A stretch of DNA of 64,000 bases, taken from the IMG/VR virus record IMGVR_UViG_2595698882_000001, positions 1 through 64,000 of that record; one strand, written 5' to 3'. The first letter of the stretch is position 1; each line of letters opens with the position of its first letter. Shown one piece after another: positions 33,878 to 42,849 of this stretch. The notes under the pieces are model-generated. The model was not told where the DNA came from. It was given only the letters and a program-made list of their open reading frames with translations, and made no database searches. The translations under genes were made by a program, and so were the position numbers. The stretch is from a virus. Taxonomy: Duplodnaviria > Caudoviricetes.

Positions 33878-35539
33878 ATGAAAGTAATGGACTGGATCAA
33901 TCGCATAAGCGGTCAGGAAGAAATCCAGAAGACTACCCAAGTTGACGATGATTTCTCCATAGCTGTCCGCCAGATCGAGCAGGATGCGCTTGAAAAGAGC
34001 CAACGTAAAGGGTCCGCTAAAGCTTATGAGGAGCCTCTAGTGGGAGGTAGCTTCTCTATGAACCCGGATTATAAAGAGGCGCCCTCTACATCAGGGACAC
34101 ATAATCTACTCGAAGTATTAAAGCTATGGTCACGAAAGAACATCATCCTTAACGCAATTATTAACACCCGGGTGAATCAAGTGTCCTTATTTTGCACGCC
34201 TGCCCGGTTCAGTGACAGAGGCATCGGTTATGAGGTCCGATTGAAAGACCCACTGGAGACTCCTTCAACTCATGATAAGAAGCGGATGAAAGAGATTGAG
34301 GACTTCTTAGAACATACTGGAGTAGATAAAAAGGACTTTACCAGAGATACATTTAGAACGTTCGTCAAGAAAATTATCCGAGATAGGCTTACATACGATA
34401 AGATCAATTTTGAGCTTATTTACGACAAGGCTACTGGAAAGTTAGAGAGTTTCAAAGCTGTCGATGCCTCCACCATCTACGTTGCTGTCGATGATAAAGG
34501 GAGAGAGCGTAAAGGAAAGAATGCTTATAAGTACGTTCAGATTCTAGACAGACAGAAAGTAGCGGAGTTTAAAGCTAACGAAATGGCTTGGGAAGTACAT
34601 AATCCTCGTACTGATATCACTGTAGGTCGGTATGGGTACCCTGAACTTGAGATTGCATTAAACCACTTGCAGTACCATGAAAACACTGAGGTGTTTAATG
34701 CCCGTTTCTTTGCTCAAGGTGGGACAACAAGAGGTCTCCTACATATTAAAACCGGACAAGAACAGTCACATCAAGCACTTTCCAATTTCAGACGGGAATG
34801 GACATCTATGTTTAGTGGCATTAACGGTGCTTGGAAAATCCCTGTCATCACAGCAGAGGATGTAAACTTCGTTAATATGACTCAGTCCTCTAAAGACATG
34901 GAATTTGAGAAATGGCTTAACTACTTAATTAACGTTATCTGTTCCATTTTCTCTATCGACCCCTCGGAGATCAACTTCCCTAACAGAGGAGGAGCTACTG
35001 GGCATTCAGGTAACACTTTGAATGAAAGTAGCACAGCGGAGAAACACCGTAGTTCTAAAGACAAAGGTCTGGAGCCGCTGCTCAAGTTTATTGAGGATGC
35101 AGTAAATAAGTACATAGTATCTCAATTTGGAGAGAAATATGTATTTAACTTTGTCGGAGGAGACTCCAAAACTGAGGCTGAGATCATTGATATTCTCAAA
35201 GCTAAAGCAGCAATCGGTCTTACTATCAATGACGTTCGTGCAGAGCTTGGTTACCCTGAAATCGAAGGCGGAGACGTTACTCTCGCCGGAGTTCACGTAC
35301 AGCGACTAGGTCAGCTCCTACAAGAAAAACAAATTGAGCATCAACGTCAGATGGAGATGCACCAGTTCGTAGCACAGCAGTCAGGATACAACGGGAACCT
35401 TGATAACGTTAATGGTAAGGACACCTATAACAAAGACGTAGGTAAGGACGGACAGCTAAAAGCGGAGAACAACACTAACTCTACCCCTCAAGGCGGTAAG
35501 AAGGATGACGGTAGTCCGATTAACGACTGGGAAGTATAA
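33878..35539 (+). CDS. portal protein
   Basis: Twort-like motifs NAIINTR.NQV, GYPELEIAL, FSGING.W, DPSEINF; synteny. Confidence 0.93.
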   Translation: MKVMDWINRISGQEEIQKTTQVDDDFSIAVRQIEQDALEKSQRKGSAKAYEEPLVGGSFSMNPDYKEAPSTSGTHNLLEVLKLWSRKNIILNAIINTRVNQVSLFCTPARFSDRGIGYEVRLKDPLETPSTHDKKRMKEIEDFLEHTGVDKKDFTRDTFRTFVKKIIRDRLTYDKINFELIYDKATGKLESFKAVDASTIYVAVDDKGRERKGKNAYKYVQILDRQKVAEFKANEMAWEVHNPRTDITVGRYGYPELEIALNHLQYHENTEVFNARFFAQGGTTRGLLHIKTGQEQSHQALSNFRREWTSMFSGINGAWKIPVITAEDVNFVNMTQSSKDMEFEKWLNYLINVICSIFSIDPSEINFPNRGGATGHSGNTLNESSTAEKHRSSKDKGLEPLLKFIEDAVNKYIVSQFGEKYVFNFVGGDSKTEAEIIDILKAKAAIGLTINDVRAELGYPEIEGGDVTLAGVHVQRLGQLLQEKQIEHQRQMEMHQFVAQQSGYNGNLDNVNGKDTYNKDVGKDGQLKAENNTNSTPQGGKKDDGSPINDWEV

Positions 35540-35675
35540 CAGGAGGGTTGCTTTGAGCAGCCTCCTGTAAAATTTATGAACAAAGTAGTGTATCTGCTAT
35601 ATTATCAGAAGTAACATGGCTGTGTCACACAGTGTAATACACAATATGTGATATCATAGAAGGGAGGAAGTAGCC

Positions 35676-36500
35676 CTGAAAACTTTACCCGGAAGAGTTG
35701 ACCTATTTGTTCCTATTGACTTAGGAGAATCCATCAAGAAGAGCAACGAAAACTCAACAGAGAAATCTTGGTACTTACGTGGGTATGCAACAACTCCTCA
35801 CCTAGACTTACAGGATGATATTGTAGACCCTAACGGGATTGACATTAGTCACCTTGTACAGCATGGCTACATCAACTACGAACACCAACAAGGAGAAGAA
35901 TTTATAATCGGAGCTCCTACAGATGGTACATACGTAGACCCTGATGTCGGTCTGTACTTGGAAGCTAAACTCTACAAAAACAATCCGTATGCTAAGAAGG
36001 TATGGGAACTTGCTTCCAACATTGAAAAGTCAGGGATAAACCGAACACTAGGATTCTCAATCGAAGGCTATGCCAAAGAGAGAGACAAAAATGATCCTAG
36101 AATCATCAAGAGTACATACATAACAAACGTTGCTGTAACTACTAGCCCAGCTAACCCTAACGCTACTTGGGAAGCCTTTATGAAGAGCTTCTTAACTGGT
36201 CACGGTATTTCCCCGGAGACTCAAGTAGATGGAGCCGCACTAAGAGCTGAGTCTTTTGCAAGAAGCTTATATAACCTCTCGTGGGCTTATAAAGCTTTAG
36301 GTGATCCTGAAGACTTTGACAAGCTGTGGAAAGAGGTCGGCGATTACTTAGACTCGATGGACCGATACACCCCTGAGAGTGCCGTAATGTTCCTTCAGTT
36401 GTTCAAAGGATATTCTCGTAATGAGGCTGTATCTAAGATTGATCAACTAATGCAGCAAAACGATAATGGAAATAAGAAAGGAGAAACAACGAATGGGTAA
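35676..36500 (+). CDS. prohead protease (probable CTG start)
   Basis: GYATT..LDLQDD, YINYEH and LGFSIEG motifs extend upstream of the tracked ORF; GGGAGG RBS 8 nt before CTG; in-frame stop at 35649. Confidence 0.88.
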   Translation: MKTLPGRVDLFVPIDLGESIKKSNENSTEKSWYLRGYATTPHLDLQDDIVDPNGIDISHLVQHGYINYEHQQGEEFIIGAPTDGTYVDPDVGLYLEAKLYKNNPYAKKVWELASNIEKSGINRTLGFSIEGYAKERDKNDPRIIKSTYITNVAVTTSPANPNATWEAFMKSFLTGHGISPETQVDGAALRAESFARSLYNLSWAYKALGDPEDFDKLWKEVGDYLDSMDRYTPESAVMFLQLFKGYSRNEAVSKIDQLMQQNDNGNKKGETTNG

Positions 36501-37422
36501 ACAATCATTTTCTAAGTTGACAGAAGATTTAGAAAAAATGAATGAACAAGTTTCTAAGTCTGAAGAGGCAGCTGACGCAGAAAGCAAGTTAGCTGAAGAC
36601 GGTCTGACAGTGGAACCTGTAGCAGGTAAAGTCTCTGATGAAGGTTCTGAGCCTGTAAAAGAAGAGCCAGCTGAAGAGCCAGAAGTTGTTGAAGTTACAC
36701 CTGAGCAACCTGCACCAGAGGAAGAGTCTCCAGAAGATGAACCTAAAGAAGATGAGCCTCAAGAAGATAAATCATCTGAGGATGATAAAGGAGACGATGA
36801 GCCAGTGTCTAAAGCTGATGAGAAAGAAGAAAAAGAAGACAAGAAGGAAGATAAGAAAAAAGAGTCTAAGGACGGTAAAAAGGAAGAAAAGAAAGACGAG
36901 GATGTAAAGAAATCTGAGTCTGACGAAATTTCTGTATCGGGTTCTGAAATTCTTGGTGCTTTTGAATCTATCGTAAAATCCTTCTCTTCTCTTAAAGAGC
37001 AGCAAAACGGACTAGAAGGTCGTCTGTCCAGCATCGAAAAGTCCATTACTGATCTTATGAACCTTGTAGTTAAATCTGAGGATGAAGAAGTCAAAGAAGA
37101 CAAGGAGAAAGAAGAGGTAGAAGAGGCTGAGCAGGTTGAAAAGAGCAGCCCTGAGCTGTCAGAAGGTAAAGCTGAGACTTTCATCTCCAAGTCCACAGAA
37201 GGGGATGTATCAGTTCCTGAAGCTACTCAAGAAGAGGAAGTTGAGGAAGCGCCATTCAACCCATATGCACATATTGATACAGCTACTGATTACTATATCC
37301 AACATGCTAGTGAGTGGGATAGAGGACAACAATCTAGCTTCCGTGAAGCTATCCACCGTGTAAAACGAGGACAGCCAACACAAGCGGATATCGCTTTATT
37401 TAAAGAAATTGTTGAAAATTAA
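36493..37422 (+). CDS. acidic scaffold-like head protein
   Basis: E/K-rich, between protease and capsid, multiple xxKS sites. Confidence 0.75.
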   Translation: MGKQSFSKLTEDLEKMNEQVSKSEEAADAESKLAEDGLTVEPVAGKVSDEGSEPVKEEPAEEPEVVEVTPEQPAPEEESPEDEPKEDEPQEDKSSEDDKGDDEPVSKADEKEEKEDKKEDKKKESKDGKKEEKKDEDVKKSESDEISVSGSEILGAFESIVKSFSSLKEQQNGLEGRLSSIEKSITDLMNLVVKSEDEEVKEDKEKEEVEEAEQVEKSSPELSEGKAETFISKSTEGDVSVPEATQEEEVEEAPFNPYAHIDTATDYYIQHASEWDRGQQSSFREAIHRVKRGQPTQADIALFKEIVEN

Positions 37423-37477
37423 GAAAAATCAGTACAAAGTGCTATATTAAGGTCATGAACACCTAACAGGGGTTTTT

Positions 37478-37512
37478 GGTAGTGGGAGTTCCTCCTCCTA
37501 GCTCCCACTATC
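37478..37512 (+). promoter_or_regulatory. capsid 5'-leader hairpin with CCUCCUCCU loop
   Basis: 13-bp stem (2 G-U) downstream of the late promoter motif TGCTATATTA at ~37440. Confidence 0.55.
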
Positions 37513-37574
37513 TATCATCATGAATTTGCGATCCACTAATTTAAAATAAAACTTTTAGAAGGGAAGATACATAA

Positions 37575-39020
37575 ATGAACGGAAACAATCTTGAAAAGAA
37601 TCAAGAGAAAGTTCAACGCAAGCTTCCAGCAGTAGCTGAACAAGTTCTTGAAACAATGTCGAAGTCATTTACAACTGGTTACGGTATTACACCAGACACT
37701 CAACAGGATGCAGCAGCTTTAAGACGTGAGTTCCTTGACAACGAAGTCAAAATGTTAGCATTTAACAACAGCGACTTCACAATCTACCCAATGATTAACA
37801 AGAAACAAGTAGACAGCACAGTTGTCAAATATGCTCAGTTCAACCAACACGGTCGTACTGGTCACAGCCGTTTCGTTCGTGAGGTAGGAGTAGCTTCTAT
37901 CAACGATCCTAACATCCGTCAAAAAACCGTACAAATGAAATTCTTAAGTGATACTAAGCAACAATCTATCGCTGCAAGCCTTGTGAACAACATCGCTGAT
38001 CCAATGACTATCTTGACTGAAGATGCGATTGCAGTTATCGCAAAATCAATCGAGTGGGCAATTTTCTACGGTGACGCAAGCTTATCAGCAGACCTTGATC
38101 CGCAAAACGGTATTGAGTTCGATGGACTTGCTAAGTTGATCGACCAAGGTTCTAACGTGTTAGACATTCGTGGGCAAAGCCTTTCTGAAGCTATCCTTAA
38201 CACTGCGGCTATCGTAGTCGGTAAAGGTTATGGTCGAGCTACAGATGCGTTCATGCCTATCGGTGTAATGGCTGACTTCACAAACAACCTTCTTGATCGT
38301 CAGCGTGTACTGCAACCTGCTTCTTCTGGCGGATTCGCAACTGGTTTCGCTGTAAACCAATTCTTGTCTACACGAGGCGCTATCAACCTTCATGGCTCTA
38401 CTATCATGGAGAACGATAACATCCTTATGGAAGATGTCCTACCAGCACAAAACGCTCCACTACCTCCACAAAATGTAGCGGCAGCCGTTAAAACTGGTGC
38501 AGGTGGTAAGTTTGAGAACGAAGTTGCTAACAAGCAAACTACTCTTGCTTACAAAGTTGTTGTTTCTTCTGACGAAGCTGAATCTGTTGCTTCTCAAGAG
38601 GTTACTGCGGCTATCACAAACGCTACAGACGCTGTAGAGTTGACTGTAACTCTTCAACCAATGTATCAAGCGCAGCCACAGTTCATCTCAGTATACCGTA
38701 AAGGTGCTACTACTGGTCATTACTTCTTGATCGCTCGTGTACCTGCATCTAAGATGGTTAACAACCAAATCGTCTTTACAGATGTTAACGACAGTATCCC
38801 TGAGACAACTGATGTCTTCCTTGGAGAAATGAGCCCACAAGTTCTTAGCTTGCTTGAGCTTCTTCCAATGATGAAGTTACCATTGGCTCAAATGAACGCT
38901 ACTGTAACGTTCTCAGTATTATGGTACGGCGCTCTTGCTCTGTACGCTCCTAAGAAATGGGTACATATCAAGAACGTTAAGTACATCCCAGCTATCGCAG
39001 CTGACGTAAAAGTCGGTTAA
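37575..39020 (+). CDS. major capsid protein
   Basis: KSFTTGYGITPDTQ..AAALRRE.L signature of Herelleviridae MCP. Confidence 0.96.
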   Translation: MNGNNLEKNQEKVQRKLPAVAEQVLETMSKSFTTGYGITPDTQQDAAALRREFLDNEVKMLAFNNSDFTIYPMINKKQVDSTVVKYAQFNQHGRTGHSRFVREVGVASINDPNIRQKTVQMKFLSDTKQQSIAASLVNNIADPMTILTEDAIAVIAKSIEWAIFYGDASLSADLDPQNGIEFDGLAKLIDQGSNVLDIRGQSLSEAILNTAAIVVGKGYGRATDAFMPIGVMADFTNNLLDRQRVLQPASSGGFATGFAVNQFLSTRGAINLHGSTIMENDNILMEDVLPAQNAPLPPQNVAAAVKTGAGGKFENEVANKQTTLAYKVVVSSDEAESVASQEVTAAITNATDAVELTVTLQPMYQAQPQFISVYRKGATTGHYFLIARVPASKMVNNQIVFTDVNDSIPETTDVFLGEMSPQVLSLLELLPMMKLPLAQMNATVTFSVLWYGALALYAPKKWVHIKNVKYIPAIAADVKVG

Positions 39021-39061
39021 TAACAGCTTAACCGATGAAAACTGAATAGTCAAAAATTAAT

Positions 39062-39095
39062 AGGGAGCAGACAAACTATCTGCTCCCTTTTTATT
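39062..39095 (+). terminator. terminator after the capsid gene
   Basis: AGGGAGCAGA/TCTGCTCCCT stem followed by a T-run. Confidence 0.85.
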
Positions 39096-39122
39096 TAAAA
39101 TCAGATAAGGAGTGTTTTATAC

Positions 39123-39359
39123 ATGTTGGTAAACAAGTCACTTGCAGGAAAGGTAGTAGCTACAGAGTTCGGAAACATCACCTTCAATGAAAAAGGGGAG
39201 TCGAAAGACCTTAAACCGGAACAGGAGAAAGTATTCGCTCAGTTTAACGGGTTTGAAGTTGTAGAGAAGAAATCCCCTAAAGCAAAAGAAGAAGCCTCAT
39301 CCGAGGATAAGGCTAAAGAAAAGAAACCAGCTGCTAAAAATAAGAAAGCGAAAGAATAA
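39123..39359 (+). CDS. conserved small protein
   Basis: AAGGAG RBS; K-rich tail. Confidence 0.8.
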   Translation: MLVNKSLAGKVVATEFGNITFNEKGESKDLKPEQEKVFAQFNGFEVVEKKSPKAKEEASSEDKAKEKKPAAKNKKAKE

Positions 39360-39378
39360 CAATTTAGAAAGTTGAGGG

Positions 39379-40260
39379 ATGGAAATGATGTTCACGAATG
39401 AGAACTCAGGGTATCCTTACGATCACAATAATCCTGAGCACATCAAACCAGAGGACGTTGATAAGTATACTCTTGCAGACTACGGGTTCACGGTTGATGC
39501 GGTTAAAGCAAACCATTTCGGTATGGACGTTACTGACCCTCGTACTGGTGAATACCTTCCTGATGCGTTCTACGAGTCCAAGATTGAAGCTGCTATCGCT
39601 CAGGCTGAGAAACGACTAGACATCGTTATCCTCCCTCGTATTCTAACAGAGCATCACGACTTCTACCGTAACGATTACCAGAGCTATATGTACATCCACA
39701 CACATTCAAAGCCAATTTTACAACTAGAAGATGTGAGGTTGGAATATGGAGGGAACACCATTTACAAGTACCCGGCGAGATGGTGGAGAGTTAACAACCT
39801 AGCAGGACATGTCCAAATGCTTCCAAACACGGCATTATCGGGAGGACAAAACAATCTGTCCCTTGTCCAAGCATATTCCAGCTACCCAATGATTTCAGGG
39901 CTACCTTATACAGTTGGAAGCAATTATGCACCTCAGATGTTCCATGTCACATACATAGCTGGAATGCTTCCACCTAAACGTAGAGGTGTTACTGCTCCAT
40001 TAGAGATGCACCCGGATTTATGGAACCTCGTTATCAAAATGGCACTTAAAGAAGTATTCGAGCAATGGGGTCGTTTAATCCTTGGAGCAGGTATCGCAAA
40101 CATGTCCATTCAGATGGACGGTATTTCTCAGAGTATTGATACAACTCAGAGTGCTATGTACGGTGGAGCTTCCGCAGATATCGTGCAGCTCAACGAAGAT
40201 ATTGAGGGGCTTGTAGCAGGTCTTAAAGCTTACTACGGAGTAAACTTAGGTCTCATTTAA
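39379..40260 (+). CDS. head-tail adaptor / neck protein
   Basis: Synteny; IDTTQSAMYGGASA motif. Confidence 0.75.
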   Translation: MEMMFTNENSGYPYDHNNPEHIKPEDVDKYTLADYGFTVDAVKANHFGMDVTDPRTGEYLPDAFYESKIEAAIAQAEKRLDIVILPRILTEHHDFYRNDYQSYMYIHTHSKPILQLEDVRLEYGGNTIYKYPARWWRVNNLAGHVQMLPNTALSGGQNNLSLVQAYSSYPMISGLPYTVGSNYAPQMFHVTYIAGMLPPKRRGVTAPLEMHPDLWNLVIKMALKEVFEQWGRLILGAGIANMSIQMDGISQSIDTTQSAMYGGASADIVQLNEDIEGLVAGLKAYYGVNLGLI

Positions 40261-40274
40261 GGGAGGGATAATAC

Positions 40275-41069
40275 ATGTCTGAAAGACCAGCAATACTGCC
40301 TACTACATCTACAGCGTATTTTAAAGCGGACGTTCACGACACAGGTTTTAAAAGTATGTCTACTCCCGCTAAATGGGAGAAGTCTTATTTATGTCCGTGT
40401 AGACGTAAGGACACAAGACAGCCGGATCAAGCTTGCCATCACTGTAAGGGTAGAGGCATAGCGTTCCTCCCTCCCCGGGACTTCGATATCCTCATCCAAT
40501 CAGAAGAAAAAGGAGTGTTTAATGGCGATCTAGGGCTTCTGGACTTTGGTACCGCTATTGGTACTCCAGCGGACCGAGAAATCCGACTAGCTTTCCGGGA
40601 TAGGATCACTATCACTGGGGCTCTGGTGAGTCAATCCTTTATTTTTAACGTGACTGATCATCGAGTTAAAAATGGGTTTTACATGGTGTATGACGTTCAC
40701 CAGATCGAATACGCTGTCACTCTAGACGGGGAGCTTACTGAGGGTGAAGATTACGAGTTCGATAGCAAAAACAATCTGTTTATACCTAAGAGTCACCTTT
40801 TAGGTAAGAACGTATCAATTAATATCTTGACCACCCTGCGATACCTTGTGGCAGATTTATTAAAAGAGCATAGATACCAACGAGACCTAGCGGGAAACCT
40901 ACTACGCATGCAGCAGAAGCTTCTTCTAAAACGTGAGGACTGTTTTATTGACAAAGAGGCATTTGATCTTGGCGTTAATGATACTCAGGTAACAGAGATG
41001 ATAGAACCTAAACGTCAAGCTAAACTAGATGGTCTGAATGGATTCTTCTCAGGGTACGGTGGTTCCTAA
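40275..41069 (+). CDS. neck / head-completion protein
   Basis: WEKSYLCPC...C..C.GRG motif; synteny. Confidence 0.7.
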   Translation: MSERPAILPTTSTAYFKADVHDTGFKSMSTPAKWEKSYLCPCRRKDTRQPDQACHHCKGRGIAFLPPRDFDILIQSEEKGVFNGDLGLLDFGTAIGTPADREIRLAFRDRITITGALVSQSFIFNVTDHRVKNGFYMVYDVHQIEYAVTLDGELTEGEDYEFDSKNNLFIPKSHLLGKNVSINILTTLRYLVADLLKEHRYQRDLAGNLLRMQQKLLLKREDCFIDKEAFDLGVNDTQVTEMIEPKRQAKLDGLNGFFSGYGGS

Positions 41070-41701
41070 TGGCACGAGGCAGAAAGTCGATTAGACCGAA
41101 GATGTTCCAGAGCAAGGCAGCAACTCAGAAAGCCATGAGCAACTTCGGTAATGCGCTGATACAGAGAACCCTTTCAGCAGGTGAGGAAGCAGTACGTAAC
41201 GCACAGCCTAATGATGTTTCTGTAACCCGGAAGCCTAAGTATCTAGAGGTAACGGAAAACAGGCTTCGTAAGCTGGGTGTTATCGACTTAAAGCCGTTCT
41301 TTGCTAAGAGTTCTAAGAAGAAGATGAAAAAAGGTGGGGGATGGTATCTCACTGTTCCGATCACCCGTAAGACTCGAAACATGTCAAGAAAGATGTATGA
41401 CCAACTAAGGTCCGTTAATACTCGACCTAACACGAAGAAAACTGTTATCACAGATTACCTATATGATAGACGACAAATTTCAGATTCTACAATGCTCAAT
41501 TACAACCCAAGGTCTAAAAACATTACAAAAGAGCGTGTGGGTAAGAATAGACACTCCTATGTGTCCTACCGTACAGTTTCTGACAAGTCCCCGGCTAACA
41601 GCTGGATTATTAATAGAGGTAAGGTTAACGAAGCCGACACTTCGAAAACGTTTATCAAGAACGTTGATAGGCTTATAAGATGGCAGATGAAGAACAACTA
41701 A
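41069..41701 (+). CDS. basic neck/tail-completion protein
   Basis: GGWYL.VP...YRTVS..SP..SWI; synteny. Confidence 0.65.
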   Translation: MARGRKSIRPKMFQSKAATQKAMSNFGNALIQRTLSAGEEAVRNAQPNDVSVTRKPKYLEVTENRLRKLGVIDLKPFFAKSSKKKMKKGGGWYLTVPITRKTRNMSRKMYDQLRSVNTRPNTKKTVITDYLYDRRQISDSTMLNYNPRSKNITKERVGKNRHSYVSYRTVSDKSPANSWIINRGKVNEADTSKTFIKNVDRLIRWQMKNN

Positions 41702-41713
41702 AGGAGGTACTGT

Positions 41714-42580
41714 ATGGCTCTCCCAAGTATTGATACATATTTGTATAAGGAAATAGCGGAGAAGTTAGAAATTATCCTATCGAACCGCTATATTATAGAG
41801 GAAATATTAAAAGAAGTGCAGCCGGAAGTCTCCACCAGTTTTATCGAGAGATTTACTGGGGACCGTAGGTGGGAAATTCCGATTGTCTACACTATGCCGC
41901 AGGATAAACAGTCCCAAAGAGGAGCCATTTATATTGGTCTTCGAGAAGGGCAAGAATCTCAGCCTAGCTTGGGTAACATGGAAGACACCTACGATTTCAA
42001 AGAAGGGAACCTGTATAAAGAGGAATCTGTAGTAGCTGCTACAGAGTCTGATGAACCGGGTAACCGCAGGCTGTACTTAGAGGTATCGCAGCCTATAGGT
42101 GATCTATATAACGTTGAAGGACTAGAGTTCGCTAGAAGCGATAATAAGACTATCGAAGGAAACCGGATTTACTTTAAATATGATCCCTCTCTTATTGGGC
42201 TGTCGTTCCTTGTGAACTATGTTGCCAAAGTGGGGGACGAAGAAGGTCTTAAAAAAGGTTTCACTGCCCTTGAGCACTACTCAGTTCTAGTAGTATCCAC
42301 GAATATGGACACTGTACGCTGCTTAGACTTAATTGTTAAAGCAATCCTCATCATGATGAGAAGCAATGCTGAAGAGCACAGTAACCAGCTGCTCCAGAAG
42401 CTTCAATTCGGTCAGATAGAGGAGATTCCATTAGGTACAACCGATGGCGCCACCCCTGAGTTGCTGTATGGGAGAGAGGCTATCGTGTCTTATACAACAT
42501 CGTATAACTTAGACACTCCAATAATGAACATGTTAAAAGAAATCAAAATTAACGTGAACTTAGACGTAGAAGGGGAGTGA
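41714..42580 (+). CDS. putative tail terminator
   Basis: Synteny upstream of the sheath. Confidence 0.65.
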   Translation: MALPSIDTYLYKEIAEKLEIILSNRYIIEEILKEVQPEVSTSFIERFTGDRRWEIPIVYTMPQDKQSQRGAIYIGLREGQESQPSLGNMEDTYDFKEGNLYKEESVVAATESDEPGNRRLYLEVSQPIGDLYNVEGLEFARSDNKTIEGNRIYFKYDPSLIGLSFLVNYVAKVGDEEGLKKGFTALEHYSVLVVSTNMDTVRCLDLIVKAILIMMRSNAEEHSNQLLQKLQFGQIEEIPLGTTDGATPELLYGREAIVSYTTSYNLDTPIMNMLKEIKINVNLDVEGE

Positions 42581-42585
42581 AAGTA

Positions 42586-42825
42586 ATGGCTGAGTCTAAA
42601 AAAGACGTTAAAGAAGAAACAAAGAAAGCAAAAGCTACCCCAAAGCAACCTACTCCTATTAAGCCATATATCCACGTTGATACGTTCTTGAAAACTGCCA
42701 TCCCGCTATTCGGTATGAGTAACGTACAAGCTGCTGGATTTAGAGCCCTCATGAATGGTCGTCAGTACCAGCGTGATGAGCAGGTATTTGTGGATGAGCT
42801 TAAAGCTTATCTAAAAATAAAATAA
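42586..42825 (+). CDS. conserved small protein
   Basis: YIHVDTFL...AGF motif; directly upstream of the sheath. Confidence 0.75.
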   Translation: MAESKKDVKEETKKAKATPKQPTPIKPYIHVDTFLKTAIPLFGMSNVQAAGFRALMNGRQYQRDEQVFVDELKAYLKIK

Positions 42826-42849
42826 TTAATCGGAAAGGAAGATTAGAAT

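Noticed and set aside
36759-37196. Ser-rich antisense ORFs over the scaffold gene (similarly 47082..47555, 14636..14899, 12918..13391)
   Set aside because: Mirror frames of real genes, produced by codon bias.
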